A DNA stretch of 63,299 nt, counting the filler, from Kipferlia bialata (taxonomy: Eukaryota): assembly GCA_003568945.1 (NCBI GenBank). It is 7 parts of 6 records of this genome, joined end to end, with 100 filler letters (N's around TTAATTAATTAA, not from the genome) between each part and the next. Parts side by side here need not be neighbours in the genome. Positions count along the whole stretch, not along the records: positions 32,489 to 43,205 come from BDIP01001367.1; positions 43,306 to 54,011 come from BDIP01001368.1; 5 more parts are not named here. One strand, given 5' to 3'. Both the position numbers and the translations under genes were made by a program. Shown in pieces: positions 37,229 to 47,900 of this stretch; the stretch's first letter is position 1, and every line of letters begins with the position of its first letter. The notes under the pieces are model-generated. The model was given only the letters and a program-made list of their open reading frames with translations. It had not been told where the DNA came from and ran no database searches.

Positions 37229-40223
37229 TTGTTAAGTATAACTTACTTTGTCCAGACCTCCCCTGCCACCCAGCACGAGTCTGCCCAGGCCGACAGCATC
37301 CCTGACACCGCTGCCCGCACCGCCCCTGACGCCACCCCCTCGGCCCCCGAGCGCAAGCCCACCCAAGCCGACAGCATCCCTGACACCGCTGCCCCCGCCC
37401 CCAAGCACAGGTCTGCCCCCAGACGTGAGTCGGTTTGGACTGCCACCAAGTCCAAGCCCACTCGGCCCCGCACCGCCTCTGCCCATGCCGCCCCTAGCCC
37501 TAGTGACAGCGACACATCCCCCAAGACCCACACCCACAGGACATCCCGCTACAACAGGAAGCCCCGGTTCTCTGATGTACGCATGCGCCAGTGTGTAGTG
37601 TGTGGAGACCGCCACAAGACTCGCGCTGAATGCATTCAGCATGAGATTGAGACGCACAACCTATACAGAGGGGAGTCCCGGTACCCCCTCTGCAGGGCGT
37701 GTGGCATACCCATCTCCACCCTGAGGGATCTTATTCCTCATCTGGACCAGTGCAACCCAGGTAGGGGGACCGCACACAGCGCCTTTGCCCTCAGGCTGTC
37801 TCTCTCCGAGAGAGCGAGAGGTGCTCTCCGCGCTGACACCACCCAGACCGCTGGCCCTGTCACTGCCTCTGCTCCTGCCGACAAGGCCGTTGCTTCCACG
37901 GCTGCTGGCACCACCCAGGCCACTGGCTCTGCCACTGCCGATGAGGCCATAGCTCCCTCTGCTACGGATGCTGCCCAGGCCACCGCCTCTGCCCCTGCTG
38001 ACGAGGCCACCGCTCCCTCTGNNNNNNNNNNNNNNNNNNNNNNNNNNNNNNNNNNNNNNNNNNNNNNNNNNNNNNNNNNNNNNNNNNNNNNNNNNNNNNN
38101 NNNNNNNNNNNNNNNNNNNNNNNNNNNNNNNNNNNNNNNNNNNNNNNNNNNNNNNNNNNNNNNNNNNNNNNNNNNNNNNNNNNNNNNNNNNNNNNNNNNN
38201 NNNNNNNNNNNNNNNNNNNNNNNNNNNNNNNNNNNNNNNNNNNNNNNNNNNNNNNNNNNNNNNNNNNNNNNNNNNNNNNNNNNNNNNNNNNNNNNNNNNN
38301 NNNNNNNNNNNNNNNNNNNNNNNNNNNNNNNNNNNNNNNNNNNNNNNNNNNNNNNNNNNNNNNNNNNNNNNNNNNNNNNNNNNNNNNNNNNNNNNNNNNN
38401 NNNNNNNNNNNNNNNNNNNNNNNNNNNNNNNNNNNNNNNNNNNNNNNNNNNNNNNNNNNNNNNNNNNNNNNNNNNNNNNNNNNNNNNNNNNNNNNNNNNN
38501 NNNNNNNNNNNNNNNNNNNNNNNNNNNNNNNNNNNNNNNNNNNNNNNNNNNNNNNNNNNNNNNNNNNNNNNNNNNNNNNNNNNNNNNNNNNNNNNNNNNN
38601 NNNNNNNNNNNNNNNNNNNNNNNNNNNNNNNNNNNNNNNNNNNNNNNNNNNNNNNNNNNNNNNNNNNNNNNNNNNNNNNNNNNNNNNNNNNNNNNNNNNN
38701 NNNNNNNNNNNNNNNNNNNNNNNNNNNNNNNNNNNNNNNNNNNNNNNNNNNNNNNNNNNNNNNNNNNNNNNNNNNNNNNNNNNNNNNNNNNNNNNNNNNN
38801 NNNNNNNNNNNNNNNNNNNNNNNNNNNNNNNNNNNNNNNNNNNNNNNNNNNNNNNNNNNNNNNNNNNNNNNNNNNNNNNNNNNNNNNNNNNNNNNNNNNN
38901 NNNNNNNNNNNNNNNNNNNNNNNNNNNNNNNNNNNNNNNNNNNNNNNNNNNNNNNNNNNNNNNNNNNNNNNNNNTGCTGCTGTTGCTGCCCAGGCCACCG
39001 CCTCTGCCCCTGCTGACGAGGCCATCGCTTCCTCTGCTGCTGAGGCTACCCAGGCCACCGCCTCTGCCCCTACGGACGAGGCCATCGCTCCCTCTGCTGC
39101 TGAGGCTGCCCTGGCCCCTGCCTCTGCCCCTGCCGCCGAGGCCAGCGCTTCCATGGCTGTTGACACCACCCAGGCCCAGGCCCCTGCCACTGCCGCCGAG
39201 GCCATCGCTTCCTTGGCCGCAGACATCGCCCAGGCCCTTGCCTCTGCCACTGCCGACGAGGTTATCGCTCCCTCTGCTGCTGGCGCCGCCCGGACCCCTG
39301 TCCCTGCCCCCGCTATCACAACAGATGCTGTCCTCTCGGATGAGGAGTCCTCAGACTCTGGTGACTCCCTGTCCCCCGTCCCACCTCCCCCCCAGATGAC
39401 CTCCTCCCCAGAGGTCATCGACCTACCACTAGGTCCCATACGCCAAGGCCCTCCCCCCCCCTTCAACGACGTAGGTGCCATCACCCGGGAAGACCTCCAG
39501 GAGATCCTCAAGAACGGAGACCTCTGGTTCCACGCTCAGATGCTTGATGACTGGATGCAGAAGTGCCTCCATCTACCTGGGGTAGACCAGGCTCTCGTCC
39601 AACGTGCCCCCCCTATCGCCCTAGAGCACTCATGGGCGCACCTAGACACCCCAGGCCACACTCAGGTGTTCACCAATGAGGATGGCGACATGGTTGGTAT
39701 GCTGCGCCTGCCCCGCAGACAACACTATGTCACCTTCTCTGTCTTTGGCGGGAACAGGGTGGAGGTGTGGGACCCTGTGCCCCAAGACACCCCAGAGGAG
39801 GAGCTCATCCAGTTGCTTCGGTTCCTCCTTCCTGACCACATCAAGGCCAGGGGCCTGCAGCTCATGTCTGGCTGTCTCAAGCGTCAGGTTGGGGGATCCA
39901 GCTGCGGTGCCATTGCGGCTATGATCTTCTACATACTTGTGTCCAACCTCCGCCCTAATCTAGTGGCCTTTGGACAGGACACAATCAGGAAGGCAATCCT
40001 GCAGCACCTCATGGACATTGACTGCCCCATCCCCTTCCACTCCCGGAGAGACACCAAGCCCAGACCGTGCACCAACCCGTGCATATACCCCATCCCAGCC
40101 GGGGTCCCCCCTGAGGGCTCTGACTACTGGAGGAGCGGAGGAGTCGCTGACCAACACGCGGGCAGCGGCCCCACCGAGGTACTTACCTTCAGTGACTCTG
40201 CCCCTGGTCCTGCCACGGAATAG
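37229..40223 (+). CDS. Retrotransposon ORF1: two zinc fingers, Ala-rich 20-aa repeats, Ulp1/C48-like cysteine protease
   Basis: CVVCGDRHKTRAECIQHEIETH (C2H2) and CRACGIPISTLRDLIPHLDQC (C2HC) at ~37592-37752. The same AQATASAPADEAIAPSA repeat flanks both sides of the 38022-38974 gap, implying one ORF. Protease-like motifs: His 39723 (QHYV), Asp 39771 (VWDP), Gln 39885 and Cys 39903 (RQVGGSSCG). Ends at TAG 40221-40223; true start uncertain. Confidence 0.8.
37844..39290 (+). repeat. Coding 60-bp (20-aa) tandem repeat in retrotransposon ORF1, partly hidden in the N gap 38022-38974
   Basis: Units such as GCCCAGGCCACCGCCTCTGCCCCTGCTGACGAGGCCATCGCT(T/C)CCTCTGCT recur on both sides of the gap. Confidence 0.9.
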
Positions 40224-40257
40224 GATGAGGTGGACCACAGCCCCCAGGTTGTGGTCC
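40221..40257 (+). promoter_or_regulatory. Candidate translational readthrough signal: UAG + 8-nt spacer + 11-bp stem-loop
   Basis: TAG (40221-23), GATGAGGT (40224-31), then GGACCACAGCC-CCCA-GGTTGTGGTCC (40232-40257; 10 Watson-Crick pairs + 1 G-U). ORF1 and ORF2 are in the same frame. Confidence 0.55.
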
Positions 40258-43205
40258 CCCCTGACCCCCACCTAGCTCAGATTGAGGTCCCCTTGTCCCC
40301 CGCCGACCTCCTCGAGGCCGTGCGTGCCCAGAGAGCCATTCTAGCAGCTCATCTCGGTCTGTTCCCAGGAGACGCTATTGCCAGGCACCCCCTCAACGAC
40401 AGCACCCACGGACAGATCGTCTTCCGCTGTTGCCGCCGCTGTAAGGGTATATGCGTGTCCACCTCCTCGTCCACCAAGGTGTGCTTCCCCTGCACCGGCA
40501 GTAAGAAGCCCAGGGCTAATGACATTGGAGACAGAACACTAGGCACTCACCCCAAGACGAGGGAGAGGTGCACCAACTTCACCTACACTGGGGAGAAGTA
40601 CATTGACCTCCTAGTCAAGAGACGCTTCCCCAACGGCATCCCACTCACTGCCCCACCACCCAGGCCCGCCCCTACCCCCAAGCCTAAGGTTCACCTTCCC
40701 GCCTCTCGCATCAAGTCGCCCCGCCGCCCCAGACTGACCCGCCGAACCCAGAAGCTGCCCCACAGGCTCCGACCTGGGGTCCCTGACTCCCTGATCCAGG
40801 CCATCGTGACCAGGCTACTGACTCTCGTTAGCCCCAATAGTGACAGGATAGCGCCATTTGCATGGCACGACCTGTTTGACACCCTGTCCCTCCTGCGCCT
40901 CAAGGGCAATGGCAGAGATAAGAGGATAGCAGTCCGCCTCGACCAGATCGAGCAGGGGACATATATCCCCCATGCTGCCCCGACGCTCAAGCTCAACAGC
41001 CAGCGCTCCAGAGAGAGGGACGTCAAGCATGCTATGAGGCTGATCCATGAGTATCGGCCAGCGGCCTCCTGCAGCCTCTTGGACCGTGACACCTCCATTG
41101 CCAAGCATGGCGCTGCCACCCTCCTGGCTCTCCAGAAGCTACACCCCGGGGACCCCTTCGAGGAGGTCTCTGCCTATATCGACATCGTGCGAGCCACAGC
41201 ACGGGCCGACATAGCCGAGTTCAAGCTCCCCGTCTTCACAGCCGGCACCGTGGCCAAGCAGATGCAGGAGCTGAGGAGTGGATCCTCCGCTGGCCCCTCT
41301 GGTCTGAGCGCCAAGATGCTCAAGCAGCTGAGGTCCAGATGCCCCCAGGAGCTTAAGAACAGCTTCGACGGAGCCCTAGCCAGAGTGGTCAATGCCATCC
41401 TTGCTGGACGCATACCGGTGGAGATGTTTAACAGCAGGTTGGTGGCACTGAACAAGGGCCCCAATGGCATCAAGGGCATCAGGCCCATTGCTGTCTCCGA
41501 GGTCCTCATCCGCCTGGCAGGCTGCTGTGCCAACTCCGTCTGCACCGAGCCCCTCAAGGAGCTCTTTGGATCCACCCAGTTCGCCCTCCAGCAGTGCTCC
41601 ACCGAGACCGTAGCCAGGCTGCTCCAATATCACACAAGCAAGGGCCGCTTTATCTGCAGCTCCGATTTCCGCAATGCATTCAATACCCTCCTGAGACAGG
41701 CCATCATTGCTGCGGTCCGCCTCCAGTTCCCAGCCCTCCTGCCCTATGTTACCGCTGCCCTTGGCGGGGTGGGCAACAATGCCTCCCTCTTCTGGGGCAA
41801 TGAGACCATTGAGTCTGCCCGCGGTGTGCGCCAAGGTGATCCCCTCTCCCCCATCCTGTTCTCCCTGACCGTCCTGCCTATCCTCCGGACCCTAGAGGCT
41901 GAGTTCCCCGGCCTTATTGTCATCGCTTACCATGACGACGTCTACCTGATCTCTGATGATGAGGAGATGCTCCAGAGGGCCTGGGCCCGCTTCCTCTCTC
42001 TGGCAGGCAAGGTCGGCCTTTCCCCCCGTCATGACAAGTGTTTCGCCAACAAGGGCAGGTTCTCCCTCGAGGATGAGGACGGTGTCACCAAGCCAGTCAC
42101 CATCACCCCCGAGTTTGTTGCCCTGGGTGTCCCCATTGGATCCCCTGCCTACATCACCAAGCACGTCAACAAGGTGACGGACAAGGCCCTCAGGCTTGAG
42201 GGTCACATCACCCCCTTGGAGGTGCATGAGTACTGGCTTGTCCTTACCCGTTGCATTGTCACCAAGGTCACGTACCTCACCAGGGCGGGCCTAGATCCCG
42301 ACCTGTTGATGCCCCTTGCCAAGGGCTTCGATGCCGAGATTAGACGCCGCCTCTGCAACAAGTTTGGTATCAGCCCCTCCATCCTTACCCCTATGCTTCA
42401 CCTCCCCGCCTGGGCCAGGGGTCAGGGCCTACCCTCCATGCAGGTAGACACACTTGTCGGGGCCATTGCCGGACTCACTGGCACGGTGCAGACCATCCTT
42501 TCCCTCCACATCGACGTGGACCTCCAGTCCCTTGCCGCTCCCCTTCAGAACAGCCAGATCATCTTCTCCACCAAGGAGCCAGGCTGGCCCACCTCTGCCC
42601 AGAACGCCATTGACCTCGCAAGCACAAGCCGTGCTCTCCACTTTGTAGCCCACAAGAGAGTCCTCACCCACCTAGTCGAGAGGGACCCCCCCCCCTTCTT
42701 CCCTTTCGACCTCGACTTAGGTATCACCCCCGACCCCCTGACAATGGCGCAACTGGTGGAGTACCTCGCCCTCCCCAACTCCGCCCCAGCCAAGGGCCAG
42801 AGCCAGACCAGTGGCAGGCTCTCTGTCTTCCACACCTTACCCACAGCTTACTGCAGAGCCTCCAATGCGGCCATGGCCCTGCAACTCCGTATCAACAACG
42901 GCGCCTCTCTTGGCTCTGACTCCGCCATCCCTGGCCCAGATCCTGTCTGCCCCAGGTGCACCATGCCCCTCATTCACGGGCATGGACATCAATGCTCTAA
43001 GCGCACCAGTTTCATCAGTGCCAGACACAACATGATCCGCGACTGTGTGGCCAACCTCGGCAAGAGGGGGGGCCTGACCACAATACCTGAGGCCCTGCTT
43101 CAGGACCACCAGGGCAACCCTCTCCTCCCTCTCTCCCCGACCCCCCCCTCTGATGAGTTTACATCACCGAAGTCCGGCTATGGCGTTTCCCCAAGAGGCT
43201 GCCAG
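40224..43205 (+). CDS. Retrotransposon ORF2: Cys-rich segment, reverse transcriptase and start of the restriction-like endonuclease region (3' partial)
   Basis: RT motifs SSAGPSGL, IRPIAVSEVLIRLAG, SSDFRNAFN, RGVRQGDPLSPILF, AYHDD (41928-41939) and LGVPIG. C-terminal CPRC-x8-H-x-C...ARHNMIRD is typical of RLE-type elements. First in-frame ATG is only at 41034. Confidence 0.93.
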
Positions 43206-43349
43206 NNNNNNNNNNNNNNNNNNNNNNNNNNNNNNNNNNNNNNNNNNNNTTAATTAATTAANNNNNNNNNNNNNNNNNNNNNNNNNNNNNNNNNNNNNNN
43301 NNNNNCTACTAATATCTCTTCATATACATATGTAGACAGTAACAGTGAG

Positions 43350-43568
43350 TAGATGAACACTTCCTGGTGCTGGTTCTGGAGATGAGCACCTGTACATAAT
43401 GGATATTATGTGTTCATGTATTCAGTATACCAATGAGTTTATTGACACACAGTCTTGCAGATGAACTCAACCGTACAAACATAGTGGTGGGAATACATAC
43501 ATATAAATATACATTGAGAGTTTAATACCTGTGCAACAACCCAGCCCTGTGCCCGTATGATCTGGGCA

Positions 43569-43605
<37 letters not shown>

Positions 43606-46600
43606 GTATACATGTATATGCACTACATTGAATGGACACCTGAGCTACAACCCATCCCTGTGCTCTAATGATCTGGGCATCTCTCTCGGTAGTAGCCGCA
43701 CTCTGCAGTATCTAGGGGTGAGGATACTTCCAATAATATATATACAAGCAACAAATCTACTAATATATGTAAAGTTAAGTACTTACCTTCAATGCATCCT
43801 CTGCCTGTACCTCTGTATTACTTGCTACTAACAATGTATGGTACACTTGATCGAAGCTATAAACACACTAATAGAGTAGTATACATACATCTATATATAT
43901 ACATAAATATACACCCACCTCCAATGCATCCTCTGCCTGCACCTCTGCTATGCCATCCCTCAATATGTATATGTAATACATATACATATACATATGAATA
44001 CGCATGTGTATATGTAAACAGTACATTAACCCACCTCCAATGCATCCTCTGCCTGCACCTCTGCTACCCCATCCCTACCAGGCTGGTCCAGCAGGACACG
44101 GCCCTCGCCCTCTCTACAGGGTGAGACATTAATATACAATAGATAATCAATATGGCATGTATGCTACAAAAAATGTAAGCATTATGGTAAGAGGCTGGTC
44201 TAGTAGGACACGGCCCTCGCCCTCTCTTGGAGGTGAGAACAATAATGAACAAGAGAAAGATGTAAGAGGAAAACGTAGATCTATACATATATAATGAGTA
44301 AATCCTACCTCAGCATGAGGCTCTAGTCAAAGGACAGACTTATGTGTATAATACTGTGTATATATGACGATGCGTATATGACTATGTATATGTAACTAAG
44401 TACAAAATATGAGAGATCACTGCCTCAGCATGAGGCTCTGGTCAAAGGACAACATAATAATGAAATACATATAATAATACTATGTATATACATATATTAA
44501 TATAGTATATATACATAAACTGAGTACCTCAGCATGAGGCTCTGGTCAAAGGACAACATAATAATGAAACACAAATAATATAACTATATACATATATTAA
44601 TATAGAATATACATAAACTGAGTACCTCAGCATCAGGCTCTGGTCAAAGGACAGGAGGTCTCCCATGGCCACGTCCCTGATGGTGAGAACAGTATATGAT
44701 AGTCCATATATAGAATATGTACTATGTATATACTATTGATATCTCAGATATGTTACAAGTGTGACCATTACGTTTCTGATGGTGAGTAATAATAGATATA
44801 CAAATATATCTACCTATATTTGTTCATGGCCACGTCTCTGACGTGAGTAAAATGAAAGTAGAGTGTGAGACACTTCGTCTATATATATCCCACAAATAGT
44901 CATTGGAGAGACAGTCTTAGTGAACCCACCTTACCTCCAGATCAAAAATATAAATATAATCACATGGATATATATATATGTGTGTGTGTGTCTTCGACCT
45001 TACGTGTCTTCTCAGCTTCATCCTCCCCCAGGTCATCCCAGTCATCCAGCATGTACATTATGTACATATATATACGTATATAAATATAAATATGAGTGTA
45101 TCTATACACATAGTCACCCTTGCCTAACATGCCTCCTCTGCTCTCTCCTCCTCTCCAGGTCATCCCAGTCATCCAGCATGCCCTCAGAGGCCTCACTGTC
45201 GGATTCCATGTCCCTAATAATGAGATAGAGCAAATACATGATACATTAGAAATATATAGCACACGTATATATATATATATAATGATAAAATGATGCCCTC
45301 TGAGGCCTCACTGTCCATGTCCCTATCAATTAGCAAATAGAACTTAATATACTTTACAATTCAATACTAGCACACCAGTCTATAATTATTCAATACTCAC
45401 TTATATCATATTATACAATGAGAAAACATAATAGTATAATAGTATAATAGTACAATATACTAGTATATATTAGTTCATACATATATGTAGTAAGGTTGTG
45501 AGAATATACCCTCGGAGGCCTCTGATTGTATATATTAATTAATATATTCAGAATGGGTATATATTCACCTGTCCAATGGTTGTACTGCAAACTCAGGTGC
45601 GTCTCTCTTGGTAGGCACATAGTGCAATGCCCTGATTGCAGACTGCAGGTTGAAGTCAGTCACCACACTACGGGAACTGGGGTGAATAGGCTCCTACAAT
45701 GATATATATATATATTAACTAGTGTGAAAAGTATAGAATATATATGCTAAATTGCAAAAATGGAAACCCATTGGCAGACTGGAGGTTGAAGTGGGCTGCA
45801 ACTGGCTTAGACATAGAATCTAACTTATTACATACACTAGAGTACCATGCAACCCTACTCTGAAGATTGGGGTGAGGGTATAAACACCCAGGGTGGTGTG
45901 TGATAAAACAAGTTTCTACATATGGACAACCTAGTGAGTTCTCTGTGTGCCGCAACTGGGTCTCTGAGCACATACACTCTAGCGCCCTCCTGCACATCCA
46001 GAGCATTGTCACTACTCGACAAGTGTGACACTCTACACGATGAGTGTGACACGGCAGATGCCACGTTGGTGACAAGTACCACCCTTCCACACTCGGTGCC
46101 CGCTATCAGAGAGAGACTGGAACGAGACGCGTACTAAGGTGAGATCAAATTCAAATATACCGCAGAGAGCATAACGATGTATCATATGTGTAGTAGAAAC
46201 TAATTCAATGTATGTATGTACCTGTGAACATTTGAGCACCAAAGAACCACGGAGTGAGAAGAATATGCAGTGACATACACAAACAGTGTATATATATACT
46301 AATAAGTGTAAATATATACTAATTGTAAATATATAATAATAAGTGCATATATACTAATAATACACATTGACAGTACCTGTGAGTCGATGCAGTTCAGGAA
46401 GAAACTCCTGCAGCAGACAACCCTATCGACTCTAGACCTACTCCTTCTCCTCTTGGAGGCGTTTGAAACGCTGGAGGCGTTTGAAACGTTTCCGAAGAGG
46501 GGTATAGTCAGAGACAGTGAGGGGGGAGGTGTGTACATGCGTGAGCCCTGTATGTCTGACTGACAGAACCTGGACAGCACTGCGTACTCAAGTTTGATGG

Positions 46601-46741
46601 AGGTGGAACCTAATGATTAGACAAAGGAAACACTACGGCTATGAAAACACAGTCGATACACCTGATACTGATGCGTCACTGACAGCAATGGGTTCATAGT
46701 CTAATGAGGCCACACAGAGTATGGGACATAGATACCATATA

Positions 46742-46795
<54 letters not shown>

Positions 46796-47858
46796 GCTAC
46801 CTGCAATTGATGCGTCACTAACAGCAATGGGTCCATAGTCAGATGAGGCCACACACAGTATAGGGCACGGGTGGGGCACAGGCAGACGGGGGGAGCAGGG
46901 TGAGGGGGAAGGTGCCTCCTCAACAAATGACACGCCATCCCTAAGGGGCCTGAGGGGTCAGATGCGTACACACACAAACGCATACGGTATTATATATATC
47001 CAAACATACCTTATATCTTTCAAACACCCTCTCCTTACCCCCTCATGGTCAGAAGGGTGCAGAGAGAGCCTCGCAGTCTTGGCCGTCTCGGACTGTCCCC
47101 TAGTGCCCACTATAGATTCAGCCTTGTCCAGAAGGATGACCTCAAGTGCAGAGACAACGCCCTCTCTCTCCCCCTCACTATCTCTGTGGACAGCGGATAC
47201 GGAGAGGCGCCTCTTCCAACCCAAGTCAGTACACGCATCCCTTACACCATGCGTAAGGGGTGTAGATGATGTGAGTGTTATGGGCTGTGACACATACCAC
47301 CCGTGGCCACCTATTGGTACGTCGCCCTCATCGATGGAGAGACACAGTACAACAGTGTCGCCATCTACCCCTCTTATACTAGAGGGACCAGCTGGAGAGT
47401 CCACTCTGCATACCACACAGAGTGTGTTCTGCAACATGTCACTGACATCCAGGAAGCATAGGGGGTGGAGGGGGAGAGTGGTACTATGCATGGACTCTAG
47501 TGTATCATCAGGGATGTGTGATGACACACTGACACCAGGTGTCGGTAAGGCCACACTGGTACTGATACTGACACTGACTCTGGATGGCAGGGGGGCAGAG
47601 GGGTGGGGGCGGTGGCTGACCTAGACGTTAACTACTTACCATATACTACATACACACATATACACATATACACATAGGAGACATAGAACCGATGCTGACC
47701 CGGATATTTTTGAATGGATTACAATATGAGAAGAATAATTCTCATTCCTTGATGTTATAGATACAAACAGCTTGTGGCACTTGTTGACAGAAGGTCAATA
47801 ATCACTGGGTATGTTCCAAAGAGACAGAATGGAGTCTAATTTCGAGGAATCGTATCTG

Positions 47859-47900
<42 letters not shown>

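Larger units (their letters stand above)
37229..43205 (+). mobile_element. Non-LTR retrotransposon of the RLE-bearing early-branching group (CRE/SLACS-like RT), 3' end cut by contig end
   Basis: Intronless, C-rich ~6 kb coding region, unlike host genes. It encodes zinc fingers, a protease-like domain, RT motifs and a C-terminal CxxC...H..C-RHN motif. Element termini not identified. Confidence 0.92.

Noticed and set aside
37193..37255. Possible intron supplying an ATG to retrotransposon ORF1
   Set aside because: Joining the upstream ATG exon at the obvious GT to the TCCAG acceptor shifts the frame and hits a stop; no support.
40221..40223. TAG read as Gln through a hexamitid-type genetic code
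   Set aside because: Host genes in the window end at TAG (1235, 21127, 29438), and the conserved exons examined contain no in-frame TAA/TAG, so the standard code applies.
40225..40275. ATG just after the ORF1 stop (TAGGATG) as a coupled reinitiation start for ORF2
   Set aside because: It is in a different frame from the RT and terminates after 16 codons.
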